A stretch of DNA of 64,000 nt from Clostridiales bacterium. Its GTDB lineage: Bacteria; Bacillota; Clostridia; Christensenellales; CAG-138. The notes below the pieces were generated by a model. The model had not been told where the DNA came from and made no database searches. It worked only from the letters and a program-made list of their open reading frames with translations. Positions within the stretch are counted from its first letter, which is position 1; every line of letters begins with the position of its first letter. The position numbers and the translations under genes were made by a program. Below are positions 29,351 to 38,407 of this stretch, in pieces. The DNA is taken from positions 117,742 to 181,741 of the forward strand of contig SFCQ01000004.1 of the NCBI GenBank assembly GCA_004558525.1. The letters run 5' to 3'.

Positions 29351-29761
29351 CTTTTTAGCACCTCTTTCCGTTTGTGTTATATCATGCTGCGCTCTGCCTT
29401 ACCATAGAGCCGAAGGTAATGCCTTCTTTTATATGATAAGCGTATCGGGCTGACGCCGCCCGACTCGGCCGGCCATTGATATGGCATAACTCAGCAGCGT
29501 AATCCATCAGTGTATGATTATATAAGAAAAACAAGCCCCCTGTCAAGAAATTCGGCTTTATTTTACTTTATTTTTGCTATCCTACAATATATAGTTGTCT
29601 GCGCCCGGCGTCTTCACAAGGCCAAAGATATCCCACTTGTAAAGAGCCCCGGCTTTTGTTATTATTAAAAACATGAAGAGTATACGCTATATACGCGCGC
29701 CCTTATAACGTATTTTATAAAGCCGTTTTAGCAGGGTTTTATATGCCTTGGGAGGAATTTT

Positions 29762-31084
29762 ATGGTGTCCGCAGCAGCAGTTTGGCAGAACTCACTTGAA
29801 GAGATAAGGAAGTCCATGACTCCCTTGAGCTATAATACATGGATAGCGTCCATGACGCCTATCTGCCTTCAGGATAATGTAATTATCCTTCAGGTTAAGG
29901 ACCCTTCAACAAAGAACACGCTCAAAAGCATATATACTCAGACGCTTACGGACTGCATAAACAGGGCCAATGCAGGCACATACCTTGTCCGCTTTATAGA
30001 TGAATCCGAGCTTCCTTTATATAATGCGTACAGGGAGGATCTTCCCGTAACCAGCAGCGACTATTTTCTTAACCCCAAATACACGTTTGAAAGCTTTGTC
30101 GTGGGCAACAGCAACAACTTTGCTCATGCCGCGGCGCAGGCTGTGGCGGACGATCCGGGCAAGGCATACAATCCTCTTTTTATATATGGCGGCGTGGGCT
30201 TGGGCAAGACCCATCTTATGCACGCTATAGGCCACAGGATACTTAAAAACAATCCCCAGGCGAGGATAATTTATATAACCACCGAAACCTTTACAAACGA
30301 CCTTATACAATCCATTCAGGAAAACAGCCGCGTTCAGTTCAGGAACAAATACAGGACTGCCGACGTGCTTATAATAGACGACATACAGTTCCTTGTCGCA
30401 AAGGACAGGACGCAGGAGGAGTTTTTTAATACCTTCAACGCGCTGCACACATACGGCAAGCAGATAATCATAAGCTCCGATAAGCCACCCAAGGACCTTA
30501 TAAATCTTGAGGACAGGCTTGTATCAAGGTTTGAAGGCGGCCTGGTGGCGGATATACAGCCGCCCGACCTTGAAACAAGGGTAGCCATACTTAAAAGAAA
30601 GGCTAAAAGCGAGAATATAGAAGTGAGCGAGGATGTGCTTACTTTTATAGCCGAAAAGGTTAATTCAAACATTCGCCAGCTTGAAGGCTCCTTAACGAGG
30701 GTGATAGCATTTGCAAGGCTAACTAAAAAGCCCATAGATATGGCGCTTACGTCGGCAGCGCTTAAGGATATAGTATCAGGCTGCGACAATACTCCCGTTA
30801 CCGTACCGCTGGTGCAGCAGGTGGTTGCGGATTATTATGATATAGATATAGACGCTCTGCTTTCGCAAAGAAGGACTATGGAAATAACCTATCCAAGGCA
30901 GGTGGCAATGTATCTGTGCAAGGAGCTTACGAACAAATCGCTCAAATACATAGGCTCCAGCTTCGGCGGCAGGGACCATTCTACCGTTATAAACGCCTGC
31001 AAAAAGATAGAATCCGATATGAATGAGGATGCTCAGGTGGCCGAGCTTATAGAGGATCTTACAAAGAGGATAAAAAAGCAGTAA
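29762..31084 (+). CDS. dnaA: Chromosomal replication initiator protein DnaA
   Basis: 440 aa. Walker A is GGVGLGKTHLMHAIG, the sensor region follows IIDDIQFL, and the C-terminal box-binding domain reads ...YPRQVAMYLCKELT..SL..IG..FGGRDHSTV. Confidence 0.98.
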   Translation: MVSAAAVWQNSLEEIRKSMTPLSYNTWIASMTPICLQDNVIILQVKDPSTKNTLKSIYTQTLTDCINRANAGTYLVRFIDESELPLYNAYREDLPVTSSDYFLNPKYTFESFVVGNSNNFAHAAAQAVADDPGKAYNPLFIYGGVGLGKTHLMHAIGHRILKNNPQARIIYITTETFTNDLIQSIQENSRVQFRNKYRTADVLIIDDIQFLVAKDRTQEEFFNTFNALHTYGKQIIISSDKPPKDLINLEDRLVSRFEGGLVADIQPPDLETRVAILKRKAKSENIEVSEDVLTFIAEKVNSNIRQLEGSLTRVIAFARLTKKPIDMALTSAALKDIVSGCDNTPVTVPLVQQVVADYYDIDIDALLSQRRTMEITYPRQVAMYLCKELTNKSLKYIGSSFGGRDHSTVINACKKIESDMNEDAQVAELIEDLTKRIKKQ

Positions 31085-31095
31085 GTCAAAAAAAG

Positions 31096-31347
31096 TTATC
31101 CACATAGTGTGGATAACTGCTGTGGATTAAACACCGCATCGATGTTAACATGGTGGAGAACGTGAACACGGTGGAGAACAAATTGAGTTATACAAAGTTT
31201 TCCACATTGCCTTCAACAGCGTTTTTTCAGCCAAAATAAGGCCGTATGGGGCTTATCCACAGTTTTAACAATTCTACTGCTGCTGCTGATTATTATATAT
31301 ATAGACACACTGCAAAGCGGGTGTGGATAAACTACGAATGTGGACAG
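31096..31347. promoter_or_regulatory. Probable oriC: DnaA-box cluster plus AT-rich unwinding tract in the dnaA-dnaN spacer
   Basis: Boxes are TTATCCACA 31096-31104, TGTGGATAA 31108-31116, TGTGGATTA 31121-31129, TTTTCCACA 31197-31205, TTATCCACA 31253-31261, TGTGGATAA 31322-31330 and TGTGGACAG 31339-31347. A period-3 tract CTACTGCTGCTGCTG (31274-31288) is followed by ATTATTATATATATAG (31289-31304). Confidence 0.75.
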
Positions 31348-31381
31348 CTTAAAGAAGCAAAACAACAGGAGGTTAATGTAT

Positions 31382-32494
31382 ATGCGCATAATACTCGATA
31401 CAAATGCTTTGAACGCCGCGCTTTCAACGGTAACGAAGGCCCTGCCTGTGAGGACGACAATCTCCGTCCTTGAAGGCATATACATGAAGGCGGATAGAAA
31501 GAGGCTGCTTTTAAGATGTACCGACCTTAATATACAGATAGAGACATATGTTGACGCCATGATAGAAAAGGAAGGCGCCGCAGTGCTGCCTGGAAGGCTG
31601 TTTTCCGAAATGGCAAAAAGACTGCCAGGCGACACGGTATCCATAGATGTAAAGAAGAACACGGCCGAGATAATAAGCGGCAGCTACAGGACCACCCTGC
31701 AATGCGAGGATGCCAACGAATACCATGCCATGAACGAGATAGAGGGGGAGAGTATAATAAAAATTGCCCCGGTCGATTTCAAAAACATGGTGCGCGGCTG
31801 CATATTCGCAGCGGCGCAGGACGATTCAAAGCCCATACTTACCGGCGCGCTTATGGAGATGAGCAGCGATTCTTTAAGGCTTATCGCGCTTGACGGCTAC
31901 AGGCTGGCGCTGAGAACAGCAAGAATAGAGGGCGAAGCCGGCGCGGATAAAAACGTCGTTGTTCCTGCAAGGTCTTTGCTTGAGGTGGCGCGCATCTTGC
32001 CCGACGATGGAGAAAGCAAGGCTGCGATATCCTTCAGCAGGACGCATCTTAGCGCCGTAGGCGGAGACGTTAAGATAATAGCAAGGCTTATGGACGGCGA
32101 CTTTATAAAGTATAAGCAGATATTGCCCACAGACCATGTAACAAGGGTAAGGGTGAACAGAAAGGAGCTGCTTGACGGTATAGAGAGAGTGGCCCTTATG
32201 GCAAGGGAGAGCAAGAGTAATCTGATAAAATTCGCTATTTCCCGGGAAATGATGGAGATAAGCGCCAACAGCGAAATAGGCAGGAGCAATGAGGAGATTC
32301 CCTGCTCGACCATAGGCGACGATATAGAAATTGCATTTAACAATAAATATCTTGTAGACGTTTTTAAGGCGCTTGAAGAAGAGGAGATATATCTTGACTT
32401 CAACAGCAACGTCAGCCCATGCGTGGTAAGGCCTGTAAACGGGGACGCCTTTTATTATCTCATACTTCCCGTAAGGCTATTTACCGGAGCCTGA
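31382..32494 (+). CDS. dnaN: DNA polymerase III beta sliding clamp
   Basis: I trimmed the start to MRIILDTNALNAALSTVTKALP..., 10 nt after AGGAGG. About 370 aa with the typical three-domain length; lies directly after dnaA. Confidence 0.95.
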   Translation: MRIILDTNALNAALSTVTKALPVRTTISVLEGIYMKADRKRLLLRCTDLNIQIETYVDAMIEKEGAAVLPGRLFSEMAKRLPGDTVSIDVKKNTAEIISGSYRTTLQCEDANEYHAMNEIEGESIIKIAPVDFKNMVRGCIFAAAQDDSKPILTGALMEMSSDSLRLIALDGYRLALRTARIEGEAGADKNVVVPARSLLEVARILPDDGESKAAISFSRTHLSAVGGDVKIIARLMDGDFIKYKQILPTDHVTRVRVNRKELLDGIERVALMARESKSNLIKFAISREMMEISANSEIGRSNEEIPCSTIGDDIEIAFNNKYLVDVFKALEEEEIYLDFNSNVSPCVVRPVNGDAFYYLILPVRLFTGA

Positions 32495-32514
32495 TGAGAA
32501 CAGATTATTGAATA

Positions 32515-33378
32515 ATGGAGGCCGGTATGCGCATTATAGACGGTTTTGACGGCATATATGGAATTTACTCCGAAAACGGCAGCTTTGATATGAATAAATG
32601 GAGAAGCTATGCCGATTCCCTATGCTTCGGCCTCAGCGAAAAGTGTGAGAAGGACTGTAGGGAAAGCTATGATTTTGATAAACAGGTTTTGCCTGTCCTT
32701 AACAAAGCTTATTTGGATAAAGAAAAGCTTGATAAGGCGCATGAGAGCTTTTTAGCGGCCACAAGCGGGATAGAGGACAGGTTCTTCAACGGTCTTGGTA
32801 TGAATATAGACGTTGATATAATACTCTATTTAGGCCTTTGCAGCGGCGCAGGCTGGGCCACCGATATAAACGGCAAAAGGTGCGTGCTTCTTGGCATTGA
32901 AAAAATAGTTGAGCTTGGTTGGCAGAATATAGACACGTTGAGCGCGCTTATTTATCATGAGCTTGGGCATATATGGCATTTTATCTTGAATAAGGAGCTT
33001 GAGGACAGCGATAGCATAGTTACCACAAGGGAAAAGGCAATAGCTCAGCTATATGAAGAGGGAATAGCCATGCTTGTTGAGCAGATACTTATGGATAAGG
33101 GCGAATACTATCATCAATATGATAAAAACTTGCTCGGCTGGTGCGAAAAAAACGAGGCTATGCTTGCCAAGGAATATCTTAGAAGAATAATTGAGAACGA
33201 CTCCGTTCAGGATTTTTTCGGGGATTGGTGCAGCTTTATGGGGCATAGCGACACGGGTTATTTTTTAGGCTGCCGCTTTATAAGGCATATGCTTGAAAGC
33301 TATTCATTAAAAGAAATAGCCACTATGGATATTGAGCTTGTTTCGCAGAATTTTGCGCGCTACGCAAGGAGCCTCTGA
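32515..33378 (+). CDS. Hypothetical HExxH protein (putative Zn-dependent protease, DUF2268-like)
   Basis: 287 aa. ALIYHELGHIWHF is a zincin HExxH motif; the family assignment is from memory and tentative. Confidence 0.5.
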   Translation: MEAGMRIIDGFDGIYGIYSENGSFDMNKWRSYADSLCFGLSEKCEKDCRESYDFDKQVLPVLNKAYLDKEKLDKAHESFLAATSGIEDRFFNGLGMNIDVDIILYLGLCSGAGWATDINGKRCVLLGIEKIVELGWQNIDTLSALIYHELGHIWHFILNKELEDSDSIVTTREKAIAQLYEEGIAMLVEQILMDKGEYYHQYDKNLLGWCEKNEAMLAKEYLRRIIENDSVQDFFGDWCSFMGHSDTGYFLGCRFIRHMLESYSLKEIATMDIELVSQNFARYARSL

Positions 33379-33383
33379 GTTAT

Positions 33384-34262
33384 ATGATAGATAAAAACAA
33401 AATAGATAAATGGAATTCTTTAACTTTCGGCCTTGTGCTTTCCGGCGGCGGCGCTAAGGGCGCGTATGAAGCGGGCGCCATAAAGGCCATGCAGGAGATG
33501 GACATAATGAACAGCGTATACGGCGTGAGCGGCACAAGCGTGGGCGCCCTTAATACGCTTGTATTCGCAATGGGCGACGTTAAGCTTATAGAGGAGCTTT
33601 GGGAGGGAATAGGGCTTATGACCGTTGCCGCGCCAAAGGTTATACAGGGCGAGGAAAAGGGAATAAGAGATATAGTTGAAAGGATGCATATAACCTCAAG
33701 AATACAGGGCAATGAGGAGCAGGCAATATTTACACAAAGCGCGCTGAGGGCGCTTATACACAAAAGCTGCGACTTTGATAAAATAAGAAGCTCAAGGGCA
33801 AAGCTTTATGCCTGCGCCTATGACATAAATGAAAAGCATGTAAAATACTTTGATCTTAAAAGCATGGATGACGAGGATATGATAGACGCCGTATTGAGCA
33901 GCGCGGCAATACCGCATGTTTACGACCCCGTTGTCATAGAAGGGCATAGGTATGCTGACGGCGGAATAAACGACCCTGCCTACGGCGTTAAAAACAGCGA
34001 CGTCACGCCCATAAAGCCGCTTCAGGACGAAGGGTATGACATAATACTGGTGATACATCTTAGGGAGCAGGAAGGCTTTGAGCTTGACCATATAGGCAAT
34101 ACAAGGCTTGTTCACATATATCCATCGCATCCGCTTGAGCAGATTAGGGGCTCCGGCACGATGAACTTTACAAAGCAGGCCATAAAAGAAAAGTTCAATA
34201 TGGGCTACAATGATATGTACATAGCTCTTGCAAAGCTGATGATGGAATATATAAGGAAATAG
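33384..34262 (+). CDS. Patatin-like phospholipase
   Basis: 292 aa with LSGGGAKGAYEAG (oxyanion GGGxxG), the GTSVG nucleophile elbow (GxSxG) and the YADGGINDP catalytic Asp. Confidence 0.85.
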   Translation: MIDKNKIDKWNSLTFGLVLSGGGAKGAYEAGAIKAMQEMDIMNSVYGVSGTSVGALNTLVFAMGDVKLIEELWEGIGLMTVAAPKVIQGEEKGIRDIVERMHITSRIQGNEEQAIFTQSALRALIHKSCDFDKIRSSRAKLYACAYDINEKHVKYFDLKSMDDEDMIDAVLSSAAIPHVYDPVVIEGHRYADGGINDPAYGVKNSDVTPIKPLQDEGYDIILVIHLREQEGFELDHIGNTRLVHIYPSHPLEQIRGSGTMNFTKQAIKEKFNMGYNDMYIALAKLMMEYIRK

Positions 34263-34329
34263 AAAAAGTGGCTGAGCCGCTTTCAGTCTGTCAAAAAAGT
34301 GGCTGGTCGCCACTTTTTTGAGCTTTTCA
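34263..34329 (+). repeat. Family-1 repeat, left-end fragment preceded by a related hairpin, between convergent patatin and mnmE
   Basis: AAAGTGGC-TGA-GCCGCTTT, then CAGTCTGTCAAAAAAGTGGCTGGTCGCCACTTTTTTGAGCTTTTCA. This is the terminal inverted repeat plus first hairpin of the 62369 element. Confidence 0.8.
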
Positions 34330-35685
34330 TTTACCTACGCAGAATCTTGAAAATATCCTGTCTATAACGTCGCCGGTAACCTCTCTTCCGGTTATGGAGC
34401 CGAGAGAGTATAGGGCCGTGCGCACGTTTGAAGCCAAAATGTCTGCGCCGAGCGATATATCCGCATCCTCAAGCGCGTCCCTTGCTTCCATCAATGCATG
34501 TATGTGCCTTGTATTGGTGACGAGCGCGCTTTCAGCCTCCTTTGATAAAAGCGAAGCTGCCAGCTTTTCTTTCAAAACATCAAGTCCTTCGCCTGTAAAG
34601 GAGCTTACCTTTATTGTGTCATAGCCCTTAAGCCCACCTTTTATGCTGAAATCGGGCCTGTCGCACTTTGTCAGCAATATGAGCCTTTTTTTAGCTGCCG
34701 TTTCACTTAAAATGGAATATGCTTCTTCCGATATATCTGCTGTGCCGTCTATTGCCACAAGTATTATGTCGGCGTTTTCGGCGGCTTTTTTTGCCCTGTT
34801 CACGCCTATTTTTTCCGCCTCGTCCATATGCCCCGTATCCCTTATTCCAGCCGTGTCTATAAGCCTTACGGGCGCTCCGGCTATATCAATAGTTTCCTCT
34901 ATAATATCCCTTGTTGTACCGGGGATGGCTGTTACTATGGCCCTGTCCGTTCCCATAAGCGCATTGAAAAGGCTTGATTTGCCGGCATTGGGCAGCCCAA
35001 GTATTGCCGCGGTTGCTCCGTCGCGGTATATACGTGCTGCCTCGCCGCCCCTTATCAGGCTATCAAGCCTTTTTATTACAGGCTCAAGCCTTTCAGGTAC
35101 GAGGGGGAGGGTATCCTCCTCAAGCTCGTCGGGATAGTCAAGCGCCGCCTCTATTTCGCTCAATATGTCTATAAGCTGTTCCTCGATATCTCTTATACCC
35201 TTGCCAATGCTGCCTGCAAGCTGCTCCTCGGCAAGCTTTGCGCTTTGTATGGTGACCGCACTTATAACGTCCATAACCGCCTCCGCCTGGCTGAGGTCCA
35301 GCTTTCCGTTCATAAAAGCGCGCTTTGTAAATTCTCCCGCTGCGGCTGGTTTGAGCATGCTTGACAGCGCGAGCAGAGTCCTTTCTACCGTTATCCTGCC
35401 GCCGTGTACATAAATCTCCGCCATATCCTCCCCAGTGTATGTATTAGGAGCCCTGAAAAGGCACGCCATGGCGGAATCGATTATTTCCGAGGTGGAGGGA
35501 TCGATAACGTTCCCGTATGTCATTTTCCTTACTTCAAGGCCGCTTGCAGCTTTGCCCGCTTTGGCGGACGCAGGAACGAATATTCTGTTTATTGCCGCTT
35601 CAGCTTCGCTTCCGGTTATGCGTATTACGGCTATGGCTCCGCCTACCGGCGTAGACAGGGCGTAAACGGTATCATCTTTTATCAT
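34327..35685 (-). CDS. mnmE: tRNA modification GTPase MnmE (TrmE)
   Basis: 452 aa with the G-domain GLPNAGKSSLFNAL...DTAG and the C-terminal FCVGK motif. Confidence 0.96.
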   Translation of the reverse strand: MIKDDTVYALSTPVGGAIAVIRITGSEAEAAINRIFVPASAKAGKAASGLEVRKMTYGNVIDPSTSEIIDSAMACLFRAPNTYTGEDMAEIYVHGGRITVERTLLALSSMLKPAAAGEFTKRAFMNGKLDLSQAEAVMDVISAVTIQSAKLAEEQLAGSIGKGIRDIEEQLIDILSEIEAALDYPDELEEDTLPLVPERLEPVIKRLDSLIRGGEAARIYRDGATAAILGLPNAGKSSLFNALMGTDRAIVTAIPGTTRDIIEETIDIAGAPVRLIDTAGIRDTGHMDEAEKIGVNRAKKAAENADIILVAIDGTADISEEAYSILSETAAKKRLILLTKCDRPDFSIKGGLKGYDTIKVSSFTGEGLDVLKEKLAASLLSKEAESALVTNTRHIHALMEARDALEDADISLGADILASNVRTALYSLGSITGREVTGDVIDRIFSRFCVGK

Positions 35686-37069
35686 CTTTTGTGCTGCCCC
35701 TTCCTATATCCCTGGCTATTTTTTCAAGCGTACAGCTATTGTTATCCTGCGGCTTGCATGCGCAGTGAAGAAGAAGCTTCCGCTTTACTTCGCCTACGCG
35801 CCTGCATGGCTTAATATCGAGCCAGCGGCATATATCCTCGCCCGTGCAGTTGAGCTGCTTTTCAGTAAAGGGGGCGTTGTCAGACTCCATATCGGATAAT
35901 ATGCTCTTCCATCTTTCGGCGGTATCCACTTTTCCAAGCTCTATGCCGCTGCCGTGAACGTCCGCCTCGCGCACAAGTATAAGCTCTTCTGCAAAAGCCT
36001 TGCCCCATGTTACAAAGCGCTTTTTTATAGACCTTGGCCTCGCTTCGCCCTTAAGATCATACATATGATATCTTACAAGCTGCACGATATGGTTTTTAAG
36101 CGCTGCCGGCGCCTTCATCCGCGTTAAAAAGCTTTCCGCAATAGAGGCGGAGTACATCTCATGCCCGTGCATGGAATTATGATGATAGAAGGCCGACGCC
36201 TTTCCGGTATCGTGAAGCAGCATGGCAAGCCTTATCTCAAGCTTTGGATAAGAGCATGCGCACGCCTGCAGGCAATGCTCCATCACCTCATATTTGTGAT
36301 AATCCCTGCGCTGCTTCAAGCCGTCGCACAGCTTAAGCTCAGGCAGTATAACCTCTATCACGCCGCAGCTATCAAGAAGATGTAGCCCGTAAAGCAGGCT
36401 TTCCCTGCCCATATTATAACAGGTATCGGCCATTAGCAGCTTGCAAAGCTCTAAAAATATCCTTTCCGCAGCTATGTCCTTTAAGCCGGCTCTGTTATTA
36501 TATGCGGCACAAACCGTTGCCTCGTCCGCAGTGAAGCCAAGCTGCGCCGCAAAGCGCGCAAGGCGCATTATCCTTACGCCGTCGTCCCTCATTATCGTAT
36601 TTGGATCCTCTGACGTGGCCCGAAGCACTTTTTTGCCGATATCGTCGATACCGCCTGTTGGGTCTATCAGCTTGTTCGCCAGAATATCAAAGTATATCGC
36701 GTTTACGGTAAAGTCCCGCCTGAAAGCGTCCTGCTCTATATTTGCGCCAAAGCTGACCTCTGTTGGCCTGTGGCTGCCGGTAGAATCGTATTTTTCGGTC
36801 CTGAAGCAGGCGTATTCAAAGCTTTGACCATCCGTTTTTATATCGAGCGTGCCGAATGAAGCCCCTTTTTGCCTGCATTCTATAGAAGCAGATGAGAGAA
36901 TGCTTTCAACCGCGTCTATGGGAAGAGTTGAGCATATGTCTATATCTTTAACAGGCAGGCCCAAAAGGCTGTTTCGCACCATTCCGCCGACGCAATAAAG
37001 AGTTGCTCCGTTTTTATCAAATAACTTAGCCAGCCTCAGCAAGGCCGCGCTTATATTGAGTTCTGCCAT
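35672..37069 (-). CDS. CCA-adding enzyme / poly(A) polymerase-family tRNA nucleotidyltransferase with an HD domain
   Basis: 465 aa with YCVGGMVRNSLLG.PVKDIDI (head domain), RD.T.NA and the HD motif LLHDTGK. Confidence 0.85.
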   Translation of the reverse strand: MAELNISAALLRLAKLFDKNGATLYCVGGMVRNSLLGLPVKDIDICSTLPIDAVESILSSASIECRQKGASFGTLDIKTDGQSFEYACFRTEKYDSTGSHRPTEVSFGANIEQDAFRRDFTVNAIYFDILANKLIDPTGGIDDIGKKVLRATSEDPNTIMRDDGVRIMRLARFAAQLGFTADEATVCAAYNNRAGLKDIAAERIFLELCKLLMADTCYNMGRESLLYGLHLLDSCGVIEVILPELKLCDGLKQRRDYHKYEVMEHCLQACACSYPKLEIRLAMLLHDTGKASAFYHHNSMHGHEMYSASIAESFLTRMKAPAALKNHIVQLVRYHMYDLKGEARPRSIKKRFVTWGKAFAEELILVREADVHGSGIELGKVDTAERWKSILSDMESDNAPFTEKQLNCTGEDICRWLDIKPCRRVGEVKRKLLLHCACKPQDNNSCTLEKIARDIGRGSTKDDKR

Positions 37070-37104
37070 AAAAACCCCTTTGTGTATAGCTTATATAATT
37101 ATTC

Positions 37105-37183
37105 TACCATCAGCTGACAATGGTATACAAGACCTAAAGGCCGGCTTTGGGACGCTTCTGCGTTCTTCTCGCTTGAATTACCT
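37105..37183 (-). repeat. Family-2 element, isolated half-copy (right end, inverted)
   Basis: TACCATCAGCTGACAA..ACAAGACCTAAAGGCCGGCTTTGGGACGCTTCTGCGTTCT.CTCGCTTGAATTACCT matches the reverse complement of 44766-44848. Confidence 0.8.
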
Positions 37184-37312
37184 GCAGCTTTAATTGAATT
37201 ATAATAGCAGCATAACGCCAAATATTGCGGCAAGGGGAAGCAAATGATATACTTATGCTGCCGAAAGGCATATTATGTATTGAAACAATACTTTTTTCCG
37301 AAAGGCGAAAGC

Positions 37313-38407
37313 ATGACTAAGACTATCGTATTCACCGGCGGCGGAAGCGCCGGCCACGTTACGCCGAATATGGCGCTTTTTCCACAGCTTTTGAGCGAGG
37401 GCTACGACATACATTATATAGGCACCGAAAACGGCATAGAAAAAAGCCTTATAGAAAACATGGAGGGCATAACTTACCATAGCGTGAGCGCCGATAAGCT
37501 GAGAAGGTATTTTTCGCTTAAGACCCTGAAAATGCCCTTTGAGGTGATAAAGGGCATAAACCAGGCGACGAGGATAATAAAAAATCTAAGACCGGACGTT
37601 GTGTTTTCAAAGGGAGGCTATGTGAGCGTGCCTGTCGTAATAGCGGCAAAGAATTGTAAAGTGCCGGTAGTTACGCACGAAAGCGACTACACGCCGGGGC
37701 TTGCAAACAGGATAAGCGCGCGCTATGCGGATAAGATATGCGTAACGTTTGAGGATACGCTCCAATATGTTGGAAAAAAGGGAATACACACAGGCACGCC
37801 CATAAGGCCTCAGCTGTATAGGGGCAACAAGCAGAAGGGGCTTGAGTTTTTAGGCTTTGACGATAAGAAGCCCGTGCTTATGATAATGGGCGGGAGTCTT
37901 GGCGCGGCGGCTGTGAACGACGCTGTAAGGGGAGCGCTGGATAAGCTTGAGAGGACGTTTGACATAGTGCATCTTTGCGGAAAGGGCAAGCTTATGTCAG
38001 AGCTTGATTCATGCAGCTACAGGCAGTTTGAATACATATCAAAAGAGCTGCCGGACGTTTTTGCCGCGACTGATATAGTTATAAGCAGGGCAGGAGCGAA
38101 CGCCGTGTTTGAGCTGCTCGCGCTGTGCAAGCCTATGCTTTTAGTGCCGCTGCCGCTGAGCGCCAGCAGGGGAGACCAGATACAGAATGCGGGCTATTTT
38201 TCAAGAAAGGGCTACGCCATGGTGCTTGAACAGGAGAAGATGACCCCGCAGACGCTGCTTGACGCGGTGAACGACCTATATGACAGGCGGCTTTCGTTTA
38301 TATCCACAATGAGTGCAGAACCCACCGCCGACGGCACTGACGAGGTGCTTGACGTGATAAGAAAAGAAGCAAAAGAGCATGAAAGCAGCAAAAGGGAAGG
38401 TAAATAA
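37313..38407 (+). CDS. murG: MurG (undecaprenyl-PP-MurNAc-pentapeptide GlcNAc transferase)
   Basis: I trimmed the start to MTKTIVFTGGGSAGHVTPNMAL. ...SRAGANAVFELL... belongs to the GT28 C-terminal domain. Confidence 0.85.
   Translation: MTKTIVFTGGGSAGHVTPNMALFPQLLSEGYDIHYIGTENGIEKSLIENMEGITYHSVSADKLRRYFSLKTLKMPFEVIKGINQATRIIKNLRPDVVFSKGGYVSVPVVIAAKNCKVPVVTHESDYTPGLANRISARYADKICVTFEDTLQYVGKKGIHTGTPIRPQLYRGNKQKGLEFLGFDDKKPVLMIMGGSLGAAAVNDAVRGALDKLERTFDIVHLCGKGKLMSELDSCSYRQFEYISKELPDVFAATDIVISRAGANAVFELLALCKPMLLVPLPLSASRGDQIQNAGYFSRKGYAMVLEQEKMTPQTLLDAVNDLYDRRLSFISTMSAEPTADGTDEVLDVIRKEAKEHESSKREGK

Noticed and set aside
29351-29761. The rpmH-dnaA spacer as the DnaA-box half of a bipartite origin.
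   Set aside because: It is AT-rich, but I found only degenerate box-like 9-mers with two or more mismatches, so I did not annotate boxes there.
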